DNA of 63,498 nucleotides, counting the filler, from Octopus bimaculoides (Eukaryota): the NCBI RefSeq assembly GCF_001194135.2. It is 4 parts of 4 records of this genome, joined end to end, with 100 filler letters (N's around TTAATTAATTAA, not from the genome) between each part and the next. Parts side by side here need not be neighbours in the genome. Positions count along the whole stretch, not along the records: positions 21,364 to 31,156 come from NC_068992.1; positions 31,257 to 50,578 come from NC_068982.1; 2 more parts are not named here. One strand, written 5' to 3'. The notes beneath the pieces were generated by a model. The model made no database searches, was not told the origin of the DNA, and was given only the letters and a program-made list of their open reading frames with translations. Below are positions 24,985 to 37,892 of the stretch, one piece after another (within the stretch, counting starts at the first letter, position 1; each line of letters begins with the position of its first letter). Position numbers and translations under genes: made by a program.

Positions 24985-25126
24985 GAACTAATTTTTGCCA
25001 GCTGAGTGGACTGGAGCAATCTGAAATAAAGTTTCTTGCTCAAGAACACAATGCGTTGCTGGGTATCGAACTCATGACCTAGCGATCATTAGCCAGATAC
25101 CATGAACACTAATCCAAGCGCCTTCG
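24985..25126 (-). mobile_element. tRNA-derived SINE (family D), partial
   Basis: Reverse strand gaaggcgcttggattagtg...gagttcgatacc...gtgttcttgagcaagaaactttatttc...gctccagtccactcagctggcaaaaa; same family as 55591-55792. Confidence 0.8.
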
Positions 25127-26299
25127 CGGAAACTGTTTGTAATAGAATTTTACATTCAGCGTTAATCGAGTCTAAACTGGAGCTCCGTTTATACCCTATC
25201 TTTCCAAAACATTTCACATAGGCCATTATAGGTTCCATGTTGGGAACAGATAGAGCCTTGCTACAAATAATAGTAGTGATGGTGGTGGTGGTAGTAGATT
25301 TTGACACAGAAGTGAGGTGTGCGCATGTAATTTAGTATGTTTGTGTGTGTGTTTGTGTGGTTGACATTATGCATGTCTTACATTAACTGTCTGTTAATGT
25401 AAGACATGCATAATATCGTACACCGAGATATCTATGTGAATGACTTAATATATTCTAACATGGAATAAGAAAATAATAAAAAGAACCTTAGATCTGTTGT
25501 TAGCTGTTGAATAGTGATAAACATGATGGCGTCAAAGATCCATCCAGGAACTGTCGTTTTTGTAAAGCTTCAGTAATGACTATTTTTATCTAAATATCTT
25601 GGATAGGATTTAAACTGAAGAACTAGAGAAGTATTCAATTCGAGCGTCTTTTAGATAAAATGGTGAGTGCTCTACCGTAGGCGGTAGCTTCAGTTGCAGT
25701 AATTTCCCACTTTCCCACTTATTTTTATAGATAAAATATAAATGCAGTTACTTGCATTCCTCTAGATGATGGATTTACATGGGTAGACATAAATATATAG
25801 ATATATCAAATAGAAAGATAGAGAACGAGATAGATATATCACTTATATACAGCACATGGATAGATCAATCACACACAAACACACGCACACATGATGGATG
25901 TATCTCATAGATAGATATATGAGGGCAGATAGATAAGTAGTTAGATGAATATGTGCGGTAATGTATAAAGGCGAATAAATTTGCTTTTATTCTCTTAGTG
26001 TAATTACATTTATGACCTGAACTGCACAAATAGATTGTAAGTTCATGACAGAAGAAGGATTACTACTAGTTTCAAATAAAGGTAAAACAACAACAAATAA
26101 CTTAGAAATTCTGGTAGCCATGACAGTTGTTTTGATTGCTGGGACCTGCCATGAAATCTAACGCTTCGTCCGGTCTTGTCACCTGGATTTGAAGCTAAAA
26201 GTAATCGCTTTTCCGTCCTGTAATGAATTTAAGCAGCTCAGGCTATAAATGTATTACATTGGGAGAATAATGACGAATTTATTTGCCTTTACAAAGTTG

Positions 26300-26315
26300 C
26301 ACATCTACCTATGTG

Positions 26316-26374
<59 letters not shown>

Positions 26375-26515
26375 GTCTATCTATCTATCTGTCTGTTTGT
26401 CTGTTTGTCTGTCTATCTGTTTGTCTGTCTATCTGTTTGTCTGTCTGTCTGTCTGTCTGACTGCCTGTGTGTCTGTCTGTCAGTCTGTCTGTCTGCTTAT
26501 CTGCGCATGTGTGAC

Positions 26516-26580
<65 letters not shown>
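26300..26580. repeat. Compound microsatellite (ATCT)n-(GTCT)n-(AT)n-(GTAT)n
   Basis: Direct reading. Confidence 0.95.
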
Positions 26581-26582
<2 letters not shown>

Positions 26583-26919
26583 CTCTCTTTGCTCTGAGGA
26601 ATCTATAGGATGTTGCACAAGCACTTATCTGTAAGTGTACTGCTTCTCATAGCAGAAACAACTGTATGCGAATGAAGATGACAGTGTAACTCCTATTGCT
26701 TAGTCATTCAATCATTGATATGGGAAATGTTTATCTACAAGAGCTAGGGATTTCTTGCCAAAGTTAATTTTAACATTTAGGAAGAAAGGAGCCATGAACT
26801 GTATTATTTTCCTAGGTCTATTTTTAGGTTTCATATTTTTAATTCAGGATTTGTGATATATGTTATCTTTGAAACAGTTGTTATTGTAAAGGGCTGCCTT
26901 ATGAAAGAATGGCCATCAA

Positions 26920-27075
26920 AGCCATAAAATATTCGTCCGGCGACGAAGGGTTGGGAATAACTCATGGCTGTGATGGTCATACTCTTGAAAAATTTAGACA
27001 AAAACTCATTAATACCTTTAATCAATTAGGCCTCAAAATCACTGTTACTACTAATCTGTCCAAACTCAATCTTTG
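26920..27075 (+). mobile_element. Penelope-like RT fragment
   Basis: YSSGDEGLGI..GCDGHTLEKFRQKLINTFNQLGLKITVTTNL resembles YRDDGL....ER.RKK...F...GL.IT..TNL. Confidence 0.7.
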
Positions 27076-27084
27076 AAGATATTT

Positions 27085-27209
27085 CCCTCACAAGGCGTTA
27101 GTCGGCCCGGGGCTACAGCTGAAGACACTTGACTAAGGTACCACGCAGTGGGAAAGAACCCGGAATCATGTGGTTGGTAAGCAAGCTACTAACCACAGAG
27201 CCACTCCTG
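27085..27209 (-). mobile_element. CORE-type SINE head
   Basis: Reverse strand gcgcaggagtggctctgtggttagtagcttgc...ccgggttc...gtaccttagtcaagtgtcttc. Confidence 0.85.
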
Positions 27210-27757
27210 CGCATATACATATACATACAGACACACATACATACATACATATATACATACGTACGTACACACATACATATTTACATAATACACACACACA
27301 CACATACATACATACATACAAGCATACGTACACATACGTACATACATATATATGTACGTACATACACACATACATTCATACAGACGCACATACCCACATA
27401 CATACACACATACATACATACGTACATATATACATACTTACACACATACATATGTACGTACATACACACACATAAACACATACACACACAAACATACATG
27501 CGTACATACATACACANNNNNNNNNNNNNNNNNNNNNNNNNNNNNNNNNNNNNNNNNNNNNNNNNNNNNNNNNNNNNNNNNNNNNNNNNNNNNNNNNNNN
27601 NNNNNNNNNNNNNNNNNNNNNNNNNNNNNNNNNNNNNNNNNNNNNNNNNNNNNNNNNNNNNNNNNNNNNNNNNNNNNNNNNNNNNNNNNNNNNNNNNNNN
27701 NNNNNNNNNNNNNNNNNNNNNNNNNNNNNNNNNNNNNNNNNNNNNNNNNNNNNNNNN

Positions 27758-28451
27758 AGTTCTTCATGCTGGATACGTGCTCTCTCAAAAGTGTCGAACC
27801 CCTCCTTAACCTGCTTCCTCCATCCGTGGCGATGACAGGCATTGTTATCCCAGTCAGTGTCCTGCATATCACAGGCCTTTAATGAGGATTTGACGCAGTC
27901 CTTAAATCGCAGCCTTGGTTTCTGCTGGAGTCTCCTTCCATTCACAAGTTCTCCATATAGCATCTGCTTAGGAATCCTGCTATCCTTCATTCTAATAAGG
28001 TGTCCAGTCCAACGTAACCGGTGCTTGTGCACCATCGCCTCAATACTCAAGATATCAGCTGTCCTCAGGACCTGTGTGTCTGGAATTTTTGAGGTCCAGC
28101 CAACATTGAGAATGTGCCTGAGACATCTCTGATGAAAGCGTTCAAGGACCCTTACCTGACGTTTGTACAGAGTCCATGTCTCACATGAGTAGAGGAGCGA
28201 TGTTAGTACACATGCATGGTCCACAACAACTTTTGTTTGCCTTGCTATGCCATGCTGGGACCAGAAACGAGACTGAAGAGACTGGAAGGAATTAGTTGCT
28301 CTCTGCAACCTGAAAGATATTTCCTCATCCAGGGAGCAAGAACGGCTGAGTGTGCGGCCCAGGTAGACAAACTTGTCTACTACCTTCAGAATTGTTCCTT
28401 CAACCAAGATAGCTGGTTTCACATATAGAATTCCTGGTGCAGGCTGGAACA

Positions 28452-28455
<4 letters not shown>
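27758..28455 (-). mobile_element. RTE LINE, 3' part of ORF (post-RT), open frame of about 230 codons
   Basis: VMFQPAPG...VVDKFVYLGRTLSR...LLYSCETWTLY...LERFHQRCLRHIL...RLRWTGHLIRM..RIPKQMLYGEL...RFKD. Confidence 0.93.
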
Positions 28456-28482
<27 letters not shown>

Positions 28483-28645
28483 CATACATACATACATGCA
28501 TACATACATACATACATACATACATACGTACGTACACACATGCATACATGCATACATACATACATACATACATACATACATAATACATACATACATACAT
28601 ATATACATACATACATACATACACACATACATGCATATATACATG

Positions 28646-28876
28646 TTGTTGGCACCCCGTCGCTTACAACGTCGAGGGTTCCAGTCGATCCGATCAACGG
28701 AACAGCCTGATCGTGAAATTAACGTGCAGGGTTCGCCACTATCTCCTGCCGGAGCCTCGTGGAGCTTTAGGTATTTTCGCTCAATAAACACTCACAACGA
28801 CCGGTCTGGGAATCGAAACCTCGATCCTATGACCGCGAGTTCGCTGCCCTAACCAATGGGCCATTGCGCCTCCACA
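28646..28876 (-). mobile_element. Chimeric tRNA-derived SINE (family-C head plus a different tail) between (TACA)n tracts
   Basis: 28727-28876 matches the head of the 59889 copy; the distal tail resembles the tail of the 55591 copy. Confidence 0.85.
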
Positions 28877-28960
28877 ATACATACATACATACATACATAC
28901 ATACATGCATACATACATACATACATACATACATACATACATACATACATACATACATAC

Positions 28961-29521
28961 AAGTGAATCTGGTAGAGGGACAATGGATATGATTTTCACA
29001 GCAAGACAGATGCAGGAGAAGTGCTATGAACAGAATATGGATCTTGTCCAAGTATTCATTGATTTAACAAATGCCTTTGATAGTGTAAATAGGGCCTTTC
29101 TATGGAAAATACTTGGCAAACTTGGATGTCCGGATAACTTTGTATCTATAATTAAATCATTTCATGATGGGATGGAGACTTTGGTCAATGTTGGTGGTGG
29201 CATGGCGGAACCCATTCCTGTAGAGAATGGTGTCAAGCAGGGTGACATCCTTGCCCCAACTCTCTTTTCTTTGTACTTTGCTGCTACTTTACCTATACTT
29301 TTGTCAAGGTTAGCTCTCTGGGAATATTTGTCAGATATCGATCTTCTGGCCGCCTCTTTAATCTTCGCCGATTTGCTGCCAATTCAAAGGTTCTCCAGTC
29401 TATTATTCGTGACCGCCTTTATGCGGATGACTGTGACTTAGTCACTCATACAGTGGATGACATGCAAATACTCATGAATTGCATTTCTGCTTCTTGCAAG
29501 GCATTTGGACTTAGCATTAAT
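28961..29521 (+). mobile_element. RTE LINE reverse-transcriptase core
   Basis: [22 protein letters not shown]...FIDLTNAFDSV...GVKQGDILAPTLF, frameshift, then YRSSGRLFNLRRF...YADD (29420-29431)...FGLSIN. Confidence 0.93.
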
Positions 29522-30429
29522 GTACATACATACATACATATATACGTACATACACACATACACATACACACACAAATACACATACATATAAGCACACACA
29601 TACATACATACATGCACACACATACATTCCTACATACATACATACCTACGCACGTATATACATGCATACATATTTATATACACTGAAAGAGACTGACAGA
29701 CAGGAAGAGAGGATATATAACGAGAAATAGGAGGACCAGTGTATATAAGTTTGTTTGAATACTCCGCACTAAATGCGCATTTCTATATTATTACACTATA
29801 CATTTATTTATGTTATGTGTGGAATTGGCAATATACTCTGTACAGCTAATAGTTTTCCGCAATAATATTTTTGTTTTCATTTAACTAGCAGATTCTTATG
29901 TAATATGGCTGCGATCGATAGATATTCTGTGTACAGTGACAATATAACTGAATGAGTCTACAACATGCTGCCATGATGAAATCAATATTTTTCCCTTGTA
30001 TTACAATCTTGATTAATTTTGTTCGTTCCATTTTCAACTGATTTTCTTTCAATTAAACACTTCTGTTTTACAAAACATTTGGATGAATTTCAAGTTTATT
30101 TAACAAATAAAGAGGCACAGCTATTTAAGAAATTTCTAACATATTATTTACTTGTCAAAATTAGTTTTAATATTGAAAAAAAAAAATTAAAACGAAACAA
30201 AACGAAAAACAAAACAAAAGTTGACAAGTTATATTGATTTATTCACCAGCGTCTGAATGAATTTGTGTTTGGAAATGCATTTATCATTTCAAAGAACGTT
30301 GGTACCACATCTCTTTAATCGTGACTCGAAACCTCTTCCTCCAGTAGATTTGAATATTACCATAACCGATGTTCGGGTCCTGGTGTTATTTTCATTTCAT
30401 TTCTATCTCCGTAGACATTTCTGTAGATA

Positions 30430-30945
30430 TTGCTGTGTGGTTAAGAAGTTCGTTTTACAACCGCGTGCTTTTGGGTTCAGTTCCACTGCGCGGGCAGATG
30501 TGTTCTACAATAAGCCCCGGCCCGACTAATGTCTTGTGAGTGAATCTGGTAGACAGAAATTGTGTGGAAGCCAGTTATATATATATATTTGTTTCAGTCA
30601 TTTCACTGCGGCCATGCTGGAGCATCGCCTTTAGTCGAACAACTCAACCCCAGGACTTATTCTTTGTAAGCCTAGTACTTAACCTATCGGTCTCTTTTGT
30701 CGAACCGCTAGATTAAGGGGACGTAAACACACCAACATCGGTTGTAAAGCCATGGTGGGGTGACAAACACAGACACATAAACACAGACAGACAGACACAC
30801 ACACATATACATACGACGAGCTTCTTTCAGTTTCTGTCTATCAAATCCACTAACAAGGCTTTAGTCGGTCCGAGGCTATAGTAGAAGACACTTGTCCGAA
30901 GTCCTACGCAGTGGGACTGAACCCGGAACCATGTGGGTGGGAAGC
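30430..30945. mobile_element. Inverted pair of CORE-type SINEs (head on + at 30430-30575; near-complete copy on - at 30590-30945)
   Basis: cttgtgagtgaatctggtagacagaaat on + versus tttcagtttctgtctatcaaatccactaacaagg further right. Confidence 0.82.
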
Positions 30946-31339
30946 AGTAAAGAATTTATATATTAAGAAATAGGAGGTAGTCAGAATTTCGGATAATTCT
31001 TTATTAGCGCTTTCATCTTATTCGTTTTGCGAGAATCGTCAGAAGTGAATTACAAAGAATTTATACCTTTTGTATGAACCTGGAAGAGAATCTTTTTTCC
31101 TATGTATGTATATATGCCTGTTTATAGTTTAGTTGAGGTGTGTTTATATATATATANNNNNNNNNNNNNNNNNNNNNNNNNNNNNNNNNNNNNNNNNNNN
31201 TTAATTAATTAANNNNNNNNNNNNNNNNNNNNNNNNNNNNNNNNNNNNNNNNNNNNATATATATATACATACATATATATATATACATACATAAGAACAT
31301 ATAATAAAAATATATATACATATTTTACACATATTTGTT

Positions 31340-33471
31340 GGGTCGTCGTTGCCTACTCTGCCCTTTGAAGGGTTTCCTTTTCATCCCACAGGGTGTTTAA
31401 CAATCACCCTCCTCACCAAGCAAACCTGGTGGGGTTGCCAGTTTAGTCTCCGACGACCCGACCATACATCAGGTTGTGCTGGATTGCATGTTACCATTAG
31501 CAGTGTCTTTAATGTATGCATGAGCTCCTCCGCATCGTAACCAGAACGATATTTAATCACTCTATGGACCTGATAGGCAGATGGAAGCTCTATAACCTTG
31601 GTTGGTAATCTACCGAGGAGAAGGAAATCGCCAAAATAAAACCTGAGGTCTTGGAAGTTCACGGTTTTGTCAATTCTCATGTCACATCGGTGAAAGTATT
31701 CTTGAGCCAATAGATGCGGGTAGTGCAGTGCAAGCTACACTCACTGAAAATTATTCATCTGCATAGGTACTTCTTGTACACCAAATCTTAGTTAAATCTA
31801 GGCATTGGTTGGCAGAAACCCAAAAATACACTTGAAACTTACTCTGAAATGTCTCAAAGAGATTCAGTAAATCGCAAAAAAGTCTTGGGAACTTTTCAGA
31901 AACATGTCTGGCTCGGCAGGTGTCCCTAGGTGTCACAGGCTCAGCACGATGGTCACCCTGCCCATGTAGTCAAACAGTCTTCAAGAAAAAGAAAAAAATA
32001 TACATTCTCTGAATTTCATTTGTTAGGAGGTTCGCACACATCTACATGATAATTTCAACAGGAGGCCAGAAAAGCGTACTACCCTTATTTCATGTGAGCT
32101 TGAAAAATATTTCGTTGATATAGTTGCCCTCTCTGAAACTCGTCTCTCTGGTGAGGGCCAAATAAATGAACCTACTTATGATTATATTATCTTCTGGAGA
32201 GGCCTACCTGAGGGTCAGCGTAGAGAATCTGGTGTTGGGTTTGCCCTCAAAAATTCATTAGTATCTTTCATTGCAGAATTTACAAGTTGTATATCTGAAG
32301 GAACCATTTCATGCCGTATAAAACTGACAAAGGGTAGGTTTCTTACCGATATCAGTATTTATGCACCAACAATATCTCATTCTGATGAAACTGTAGGACA
32401 GTTTTATGACGATATAGCACAATTATTGAAGAAAGTACCAATTTCTGACAAGCTAGCCATATTAGGAAATTTCAACGCAAGAGTTGGAAATGACTATATT
32501 ACATGGCTTGTTTTAGACCGACATGGAATGGAAAATGCAATAAATGTGAAGAAACTGTTTTGACGTGTTGTACTGATTGTTACCATCACTCTGTTTAAGC
32601 AGAAAAATAAATATAAAACCACCTGCATACACCCAAGATCTAAGGACTGACATCTCCTACATTGTATGTTGATTAGAAAGCGTGATATGAAAGATATTTC
32701 TAGTTTTCGGATCATGAGAAGAGCAAAAGCTAGACTGACCATCATCTAGTGCCTGAACAAATGAATGTTTCCATAATGCCCAAAACGTTAAATGTTACAA
32801 ACTTCAAATTACCAAGCAACTTTCAAAGATTCCATGATGCTATAGAAAGTATCAATCGCGATCCAAACAAGTTATGGGAAGATTACAAAACATAAGTATT
32901 TCATGCTACAAGTTCTTCAGTGGGATTAAAATAACGTAAGACCAGTGACCGATTTTCAGACAAATCATCAGAAATTCATGGTCTGCTTTTAGAAAAACAA
33001 AACTTTAGCAATACATTTCTTTCTGTCCTTGAACCCTAATTCAAACAAAGCTTACAGAAAGCTGAAAGGTAAAGTACAGACTGATCTACGGAAAATTAAA
33101 CAGGAATGGTGGAATGACAAAGGAAAAGGGTCGAAAGGCACAGCTGATAGAAATGATGCCAAGGGTTTATGTTGAGGAGGTATATGGCCCAAAATCTTCT
33201 TCAATAGCTCCAGTGACAACAACAGATGGACATTTGCTTTTGACTGCCACTGCTTCTATTCATAAGGGTTGGGTAGAGAATTTGTTTGCACTTTTGAATA
33301 GACCATCATCGGTTGACACGAGGAGAATAGAAAAAATCGAGCACATCCCAGATATAGCGGAGATGGTATTTGAACCAACTCCAAATGACATTTATTTAGC
33401 TATGAAAAATAAGCTGAATAACAGTAAGTCTCCAGGGTCTGGTGGAATCTGTGCATAGGTCTTGAAATATG
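31340..33471 (+). mobile_element. RTE LINE 5' half (putative 5'UTR, AP endonuclease, linker, RT start)
   Basis: RRPEKRTTLISCELEKYFVDIVALSETRLSGEG...FWRG..EGQRRESGVGFA...IYAPT...QFYDD...ILGNFNARVG; ends KSPGSGGICA*VLKY (KAPG.DGIPAE motif). The 5' boundary is the least certain. Confidence 0.88.
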
Positions 33472-33741
33472 ACTGATCCAACTCTTTCCGAATCCTCTGC
33501 ACTGTCCTCAGATTGACTCCCAAACACTCGGAAATATTCGTATTGGAGATTCCAGTGCGAATGCCAAGCGGTACAGCATGTACTTTCCAAATTTCTGTAG
33601 AGTGAACTGCGTCATGGTGCTGTTTTCTCACAGACGATGCCCAACGGACGCTACTATACTGTGTAGTCGACAAAATGAAAAACAAACAATGCGCATGCAC
33701 CAAATTTAAAAAAATGGCAACAATTTACCCATCGCAGCCTG
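33472..33741 (-). mobile_element. Tc1/mariner-superfamily 5' end (TIR plus transposase N-terminus) truncating the RTE
   Basis: Terminus caggctgcgatgggtaaattgttgcc with TA at 33742-33743; EIWKVHAVPLGIRTGISNTNISECLGVNLRTVQRIRKELD (HTH-like). Confidence 0.75.
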
Positions 33742-34057
33742 TATATATGTAATGTAACCTTATCTTTCTATGATCTAGAGTGCGATATTAAATTTTCATC
33801 CCCTCTTCCGTATTCATCCTCCCCCACTATAACCACTTTTTGCTACCCTCCCCATTCTAGTCACTTAAAAGCTTCTTTATAAACTATAAACTAGAGAACT
33901 TGAATCATTCACTGACCATTGTTCGCCAGAGTGTCATGAAATGACACCTACTTGAATTTCAAAATGTTGGGAAATATTTAATTTGTACTTATATTCACCT
34001 AATGAAAATGGTTTTGTTCACATGATATAATAATTCTATCCATCAATAAAAAACACA

Positions 34058-34182
34058 CATAGTAGGGTCAACTGGGCATTGTCTGTGAGGGAAACAGCAC
34101 CGTGACGCAATTCAATCTGCCAGAAATTTAGAAACGACGTGCTGTACTGCTTGGCATTCGCTCTAGAAGTTCCAGTACGATA
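34058..34182 (+). mobile_element. Second fragment of the same Tc1/mariner family, inverted
   Basis: gggcattgtctgtgagggaaacagcacc...gcttggcattcgc matches the reverse complement of about 33535-33660. Confidence 0.75.
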
Positions 34183-35914
34183 AATAGCTGTAGTGATTGA
34201 ACGATAATTCATCTTGTTATTTGCTTAATATTCACCTTACTCGGAACCTGCAATTAACGTGGATCTGGAGACTATTGAGTTCAGTACAATTGGTGCAGTG
34301 TTTATACCCATGTGCAGCTTTGAAACTCGTGGTTTATTCCGTCAGCCTTTTGTGATTGTACATGTAACTGGAATATAAATCCGTCTTTACTTCGGTATGT
34401 ACGTATATGTTCCTCAAATTTTGTTTTCTACGCCATAGCAAATCCACTGACCCGACCATGGTGCTTTACTATTTAAGGGGTTGATTCACTTGAATACTTA
34501 ACGTATATGTGTATCTGTGTGTGTATGTGTGTTTGTGTTTGTGTGTGCATGCTTGTGTGTGTGTGTGTGTGTGTCTGTGTGTAAAAACCAGTTTATCAAT
34601 GACTATCCTCTTTTAAAATTCAGGGATACAGATTGAAAAGAATACTTCTATGGATAAAGAATACTTATATTGGTATAAATATTATTATGCCCTATAATGA
34701 TAACTATACACTTCTTCTGACATAAATTGTCTTACAAACAACTTCCGAAGATGTAGACACTCTAGTGAGCTTTTCTAATACCCTTTGATTTCCAATTGTA
34801 ATATAATATTTTCTGTCAATGTGTGTAGTTTTCGTGAAAGAAAAGTCATCACAATTATTTTCTGAATAGGTTCGAGTACACTAAAGATGAAAAGAGACCA
34901 ATATTCGCTGAGACGTACGTAAGTCGTCTTAGTGTATTGTTACGTAAAATTCCCTTTGGTAGTTTCTAAATTGCATCGCAATCATATGTAATAAAACAAT
35001 ATATCTATTTTGCAGTGGTATAGCGTACTTTCTTGAGGAAGTTAAAAATATCTTTGGTTTCAAAGCCAGCACATTAAGATTCTCTAAGTATGAAAACGCC
35101 ATAGATACATTTATAATACACAGAGCGATTCTCTGGAAAACCACTTAGAAAACAACTTATGTGTAACATTCATTACATTTTACTTCACAAGGATGTAATA
35201 AATCACTCTTTTCCCAATGGAGAAACTAAATTAACAGATGATAGTAAGTTGATAGCAGGCTGAATATAGTATACAGTTAATAAGTCGATGATCGAAAGTT
35301 AACTGAACAGAGTGCGATTATTTTATGATCGCGCTAAAGAAATTTTCAGGACAATTTTTCAGTGAAAGTCATTTCTATAAATCAAAGAATAAATATGAAT
35401 CTAATTAAGCAACGCAATGGAACTTGAATTAAAATCACCTGGCATATAGTATTCCTTTCAAGGTACCGGTCTATGTGTGCCAAATGTATTAGTCTCGATT
35501 TTTATGTTGCAAAATATGAAATTACATTTTGGATATTCATATGCCATGTTACTAGATAAATTTCAGCTAATCTTAGTCGTGATATGCATAATTATTGACG
35601 CATGTTACTAAAAAGCTTTGGAAAATTTTACTAGTTTCTATAATAGCTATATGAACGACAATAACTTTCAAAGCTAATTTAGATACCGTAGAAAATAATT
35701 AAAGCTTATTTGACGCCAGCTCATAAACCATTAATTATCGGTTGATTAGAGATCGGTCTAAATTTTAGGGAATACCATTTATCAATTACGATAATGTCTA
35801 GTCAACTACATCCTTATAAGAAGGCATATAAGATCAGAATTTTATAAATGTAATCCATATTTTACATATTCATTATGATAAATGTTTTTGTTATTAAAAA
35901 TACTAAATATCAAT

Positions 35915-36076
35915 ATATATATATGTATATACTACATATAGTATATATATATATACTACATATATACTACATATATACTACATATATATACTACATATAT
36001 ACTACATATAGTATATATATATACTACATATAGTATATATATGTAGTATATATATATATATATATATACTACATAT
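35915..36076. repeat. TATATACTACA minisatellite with one inverted unit
   Basis: Direct reading; inverted unit tgtagtatata at 36042-36052. Confidence 0.9.
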
Positions 36077-37814
36077 GAGGGAAATTCTGTCTGTGGGTGT
36101 GTTTGTGGAGTTGTTAGCTAACTCGTCCTAAATCGTTTTATTGATTTTGATGGAACGTGATACGTGAGTGGAACGCATGTCTGGAAAAATCATGGCATAC
36201 TCAGATTGTTGGAAAAAAAATCGATAATAGGGCCCCTGAAAGGGATCCATATATATCTAATATATTTCATTTTAACAGCCAAGGAAAATAACCCATTCGC
36301 TCAGATTTTAACAGCTTAGCGGAATAACCCATTTGTTTTCCTAAATCATTTAGTATAAATTAGATTGAGTATGCTTATTTCTAACTATTTGAACTGTTAG
36401 AGTTATTTTCGCAATAGTAAATAAGATTTTCCTAAGCGTTAGATCCACTTATTTCGGTTAGTGACTTATTCACGAATACACTAACACTATCGCCGCTGAG
36501 GGTAATACTCTCTGGGAACGCACCAAAGACCCTTTCAGTGTTATTTACTTTGAATTGTTATTATCTGCTGTCTGATTAGTCTGTTACTACGTAACATGCT
36601 TCAAGATTTTAGTATACATACCTTATTAGTATTTCCGCCTAAGTTCTATATACTCTAGGAACGCGTTGAAGCCTTCTTCGGGGCTACTTTCTTTGAATTC
36701 TTACTATCTGGTAACTAATTTCATGTTATTACATAACTGACTCCATTTGGTTATTCATAAATAAGTAAACTGACAGATTATCAGATTACAGGTACATAGG
36801 TAATACGGGCAGACAAGCACACACACATGATACACAAATGAAGACTGAAGCAAATGACCATACACACACACTCGCACACTTCACACACACACAAGGACAT
36901 CACACGCACAAACACACACACACACACGCACATACACACACACATATATATATATTCGTGTACGTATATATTTGAATATGCTACTATGAGTTTGTACACA
37001 TGTTTCTACATATACTTGTCTTGTATACGTACGAGTGCAACCGGTCATCAGTGACTGGTGGACGAACCGACAACCCACCGTGCTATAGATAAAGGACATG
37101 CCACATAGTCTCCAACATGATACCTATCCGGACACACGTCTTCTCCTCAAATTATCTCAGATGAGAGATTTTAACTTGTGAATATTTAGCACAAGGACAA
37201 CCGTAGTAAAATCCCATTCCCTAATGAAGCGGGCAAATATCAACATGCCTCCCTGTAACTGTCGTGGCCCTGACTGCAAAATTGATGTAACATAATATGA
37301 TGCACATCATCCTACCGACAAAGAACAGTTACCGGATGAGTCTCGAAACTATCGTTCTAATACCAAATACATCATCTGTTTCCCTAATCGATTATTATCG
37401 CAACTAACACTGAGGAATTTCTGAAGTAGATCCAACGAAATATACCCCAACTGCAGATGACGCGAGGTAGCACTATCCGTGCTAATGCTTCACTCAACAT
37501 ATCAACAAACTAATTGACAAATACCCATTAGTCCAAAAATTGTATATACGTATATACAACCTCCCTACACACACAATGAAGTCAGACCAAATAGGGATAT
37601 TTTGAAATCATTTAATACGTATGTTTCAGTTCTGTGTAACATGTAAAAGGAAATACACCAATTACGTAATACCTTCCTCAGTTAAAACGATTCATGAAAA
37701 AATTTTTTGGTACTGTGCAAGGTTTCTAAGTGTAACACGTAATATACATACATGCATACACACACACATACATACATACACACATGTATATATGTATCTA
37801 TGTATATACGTTCG

Positions 37815-37892
<78 letters not shown>

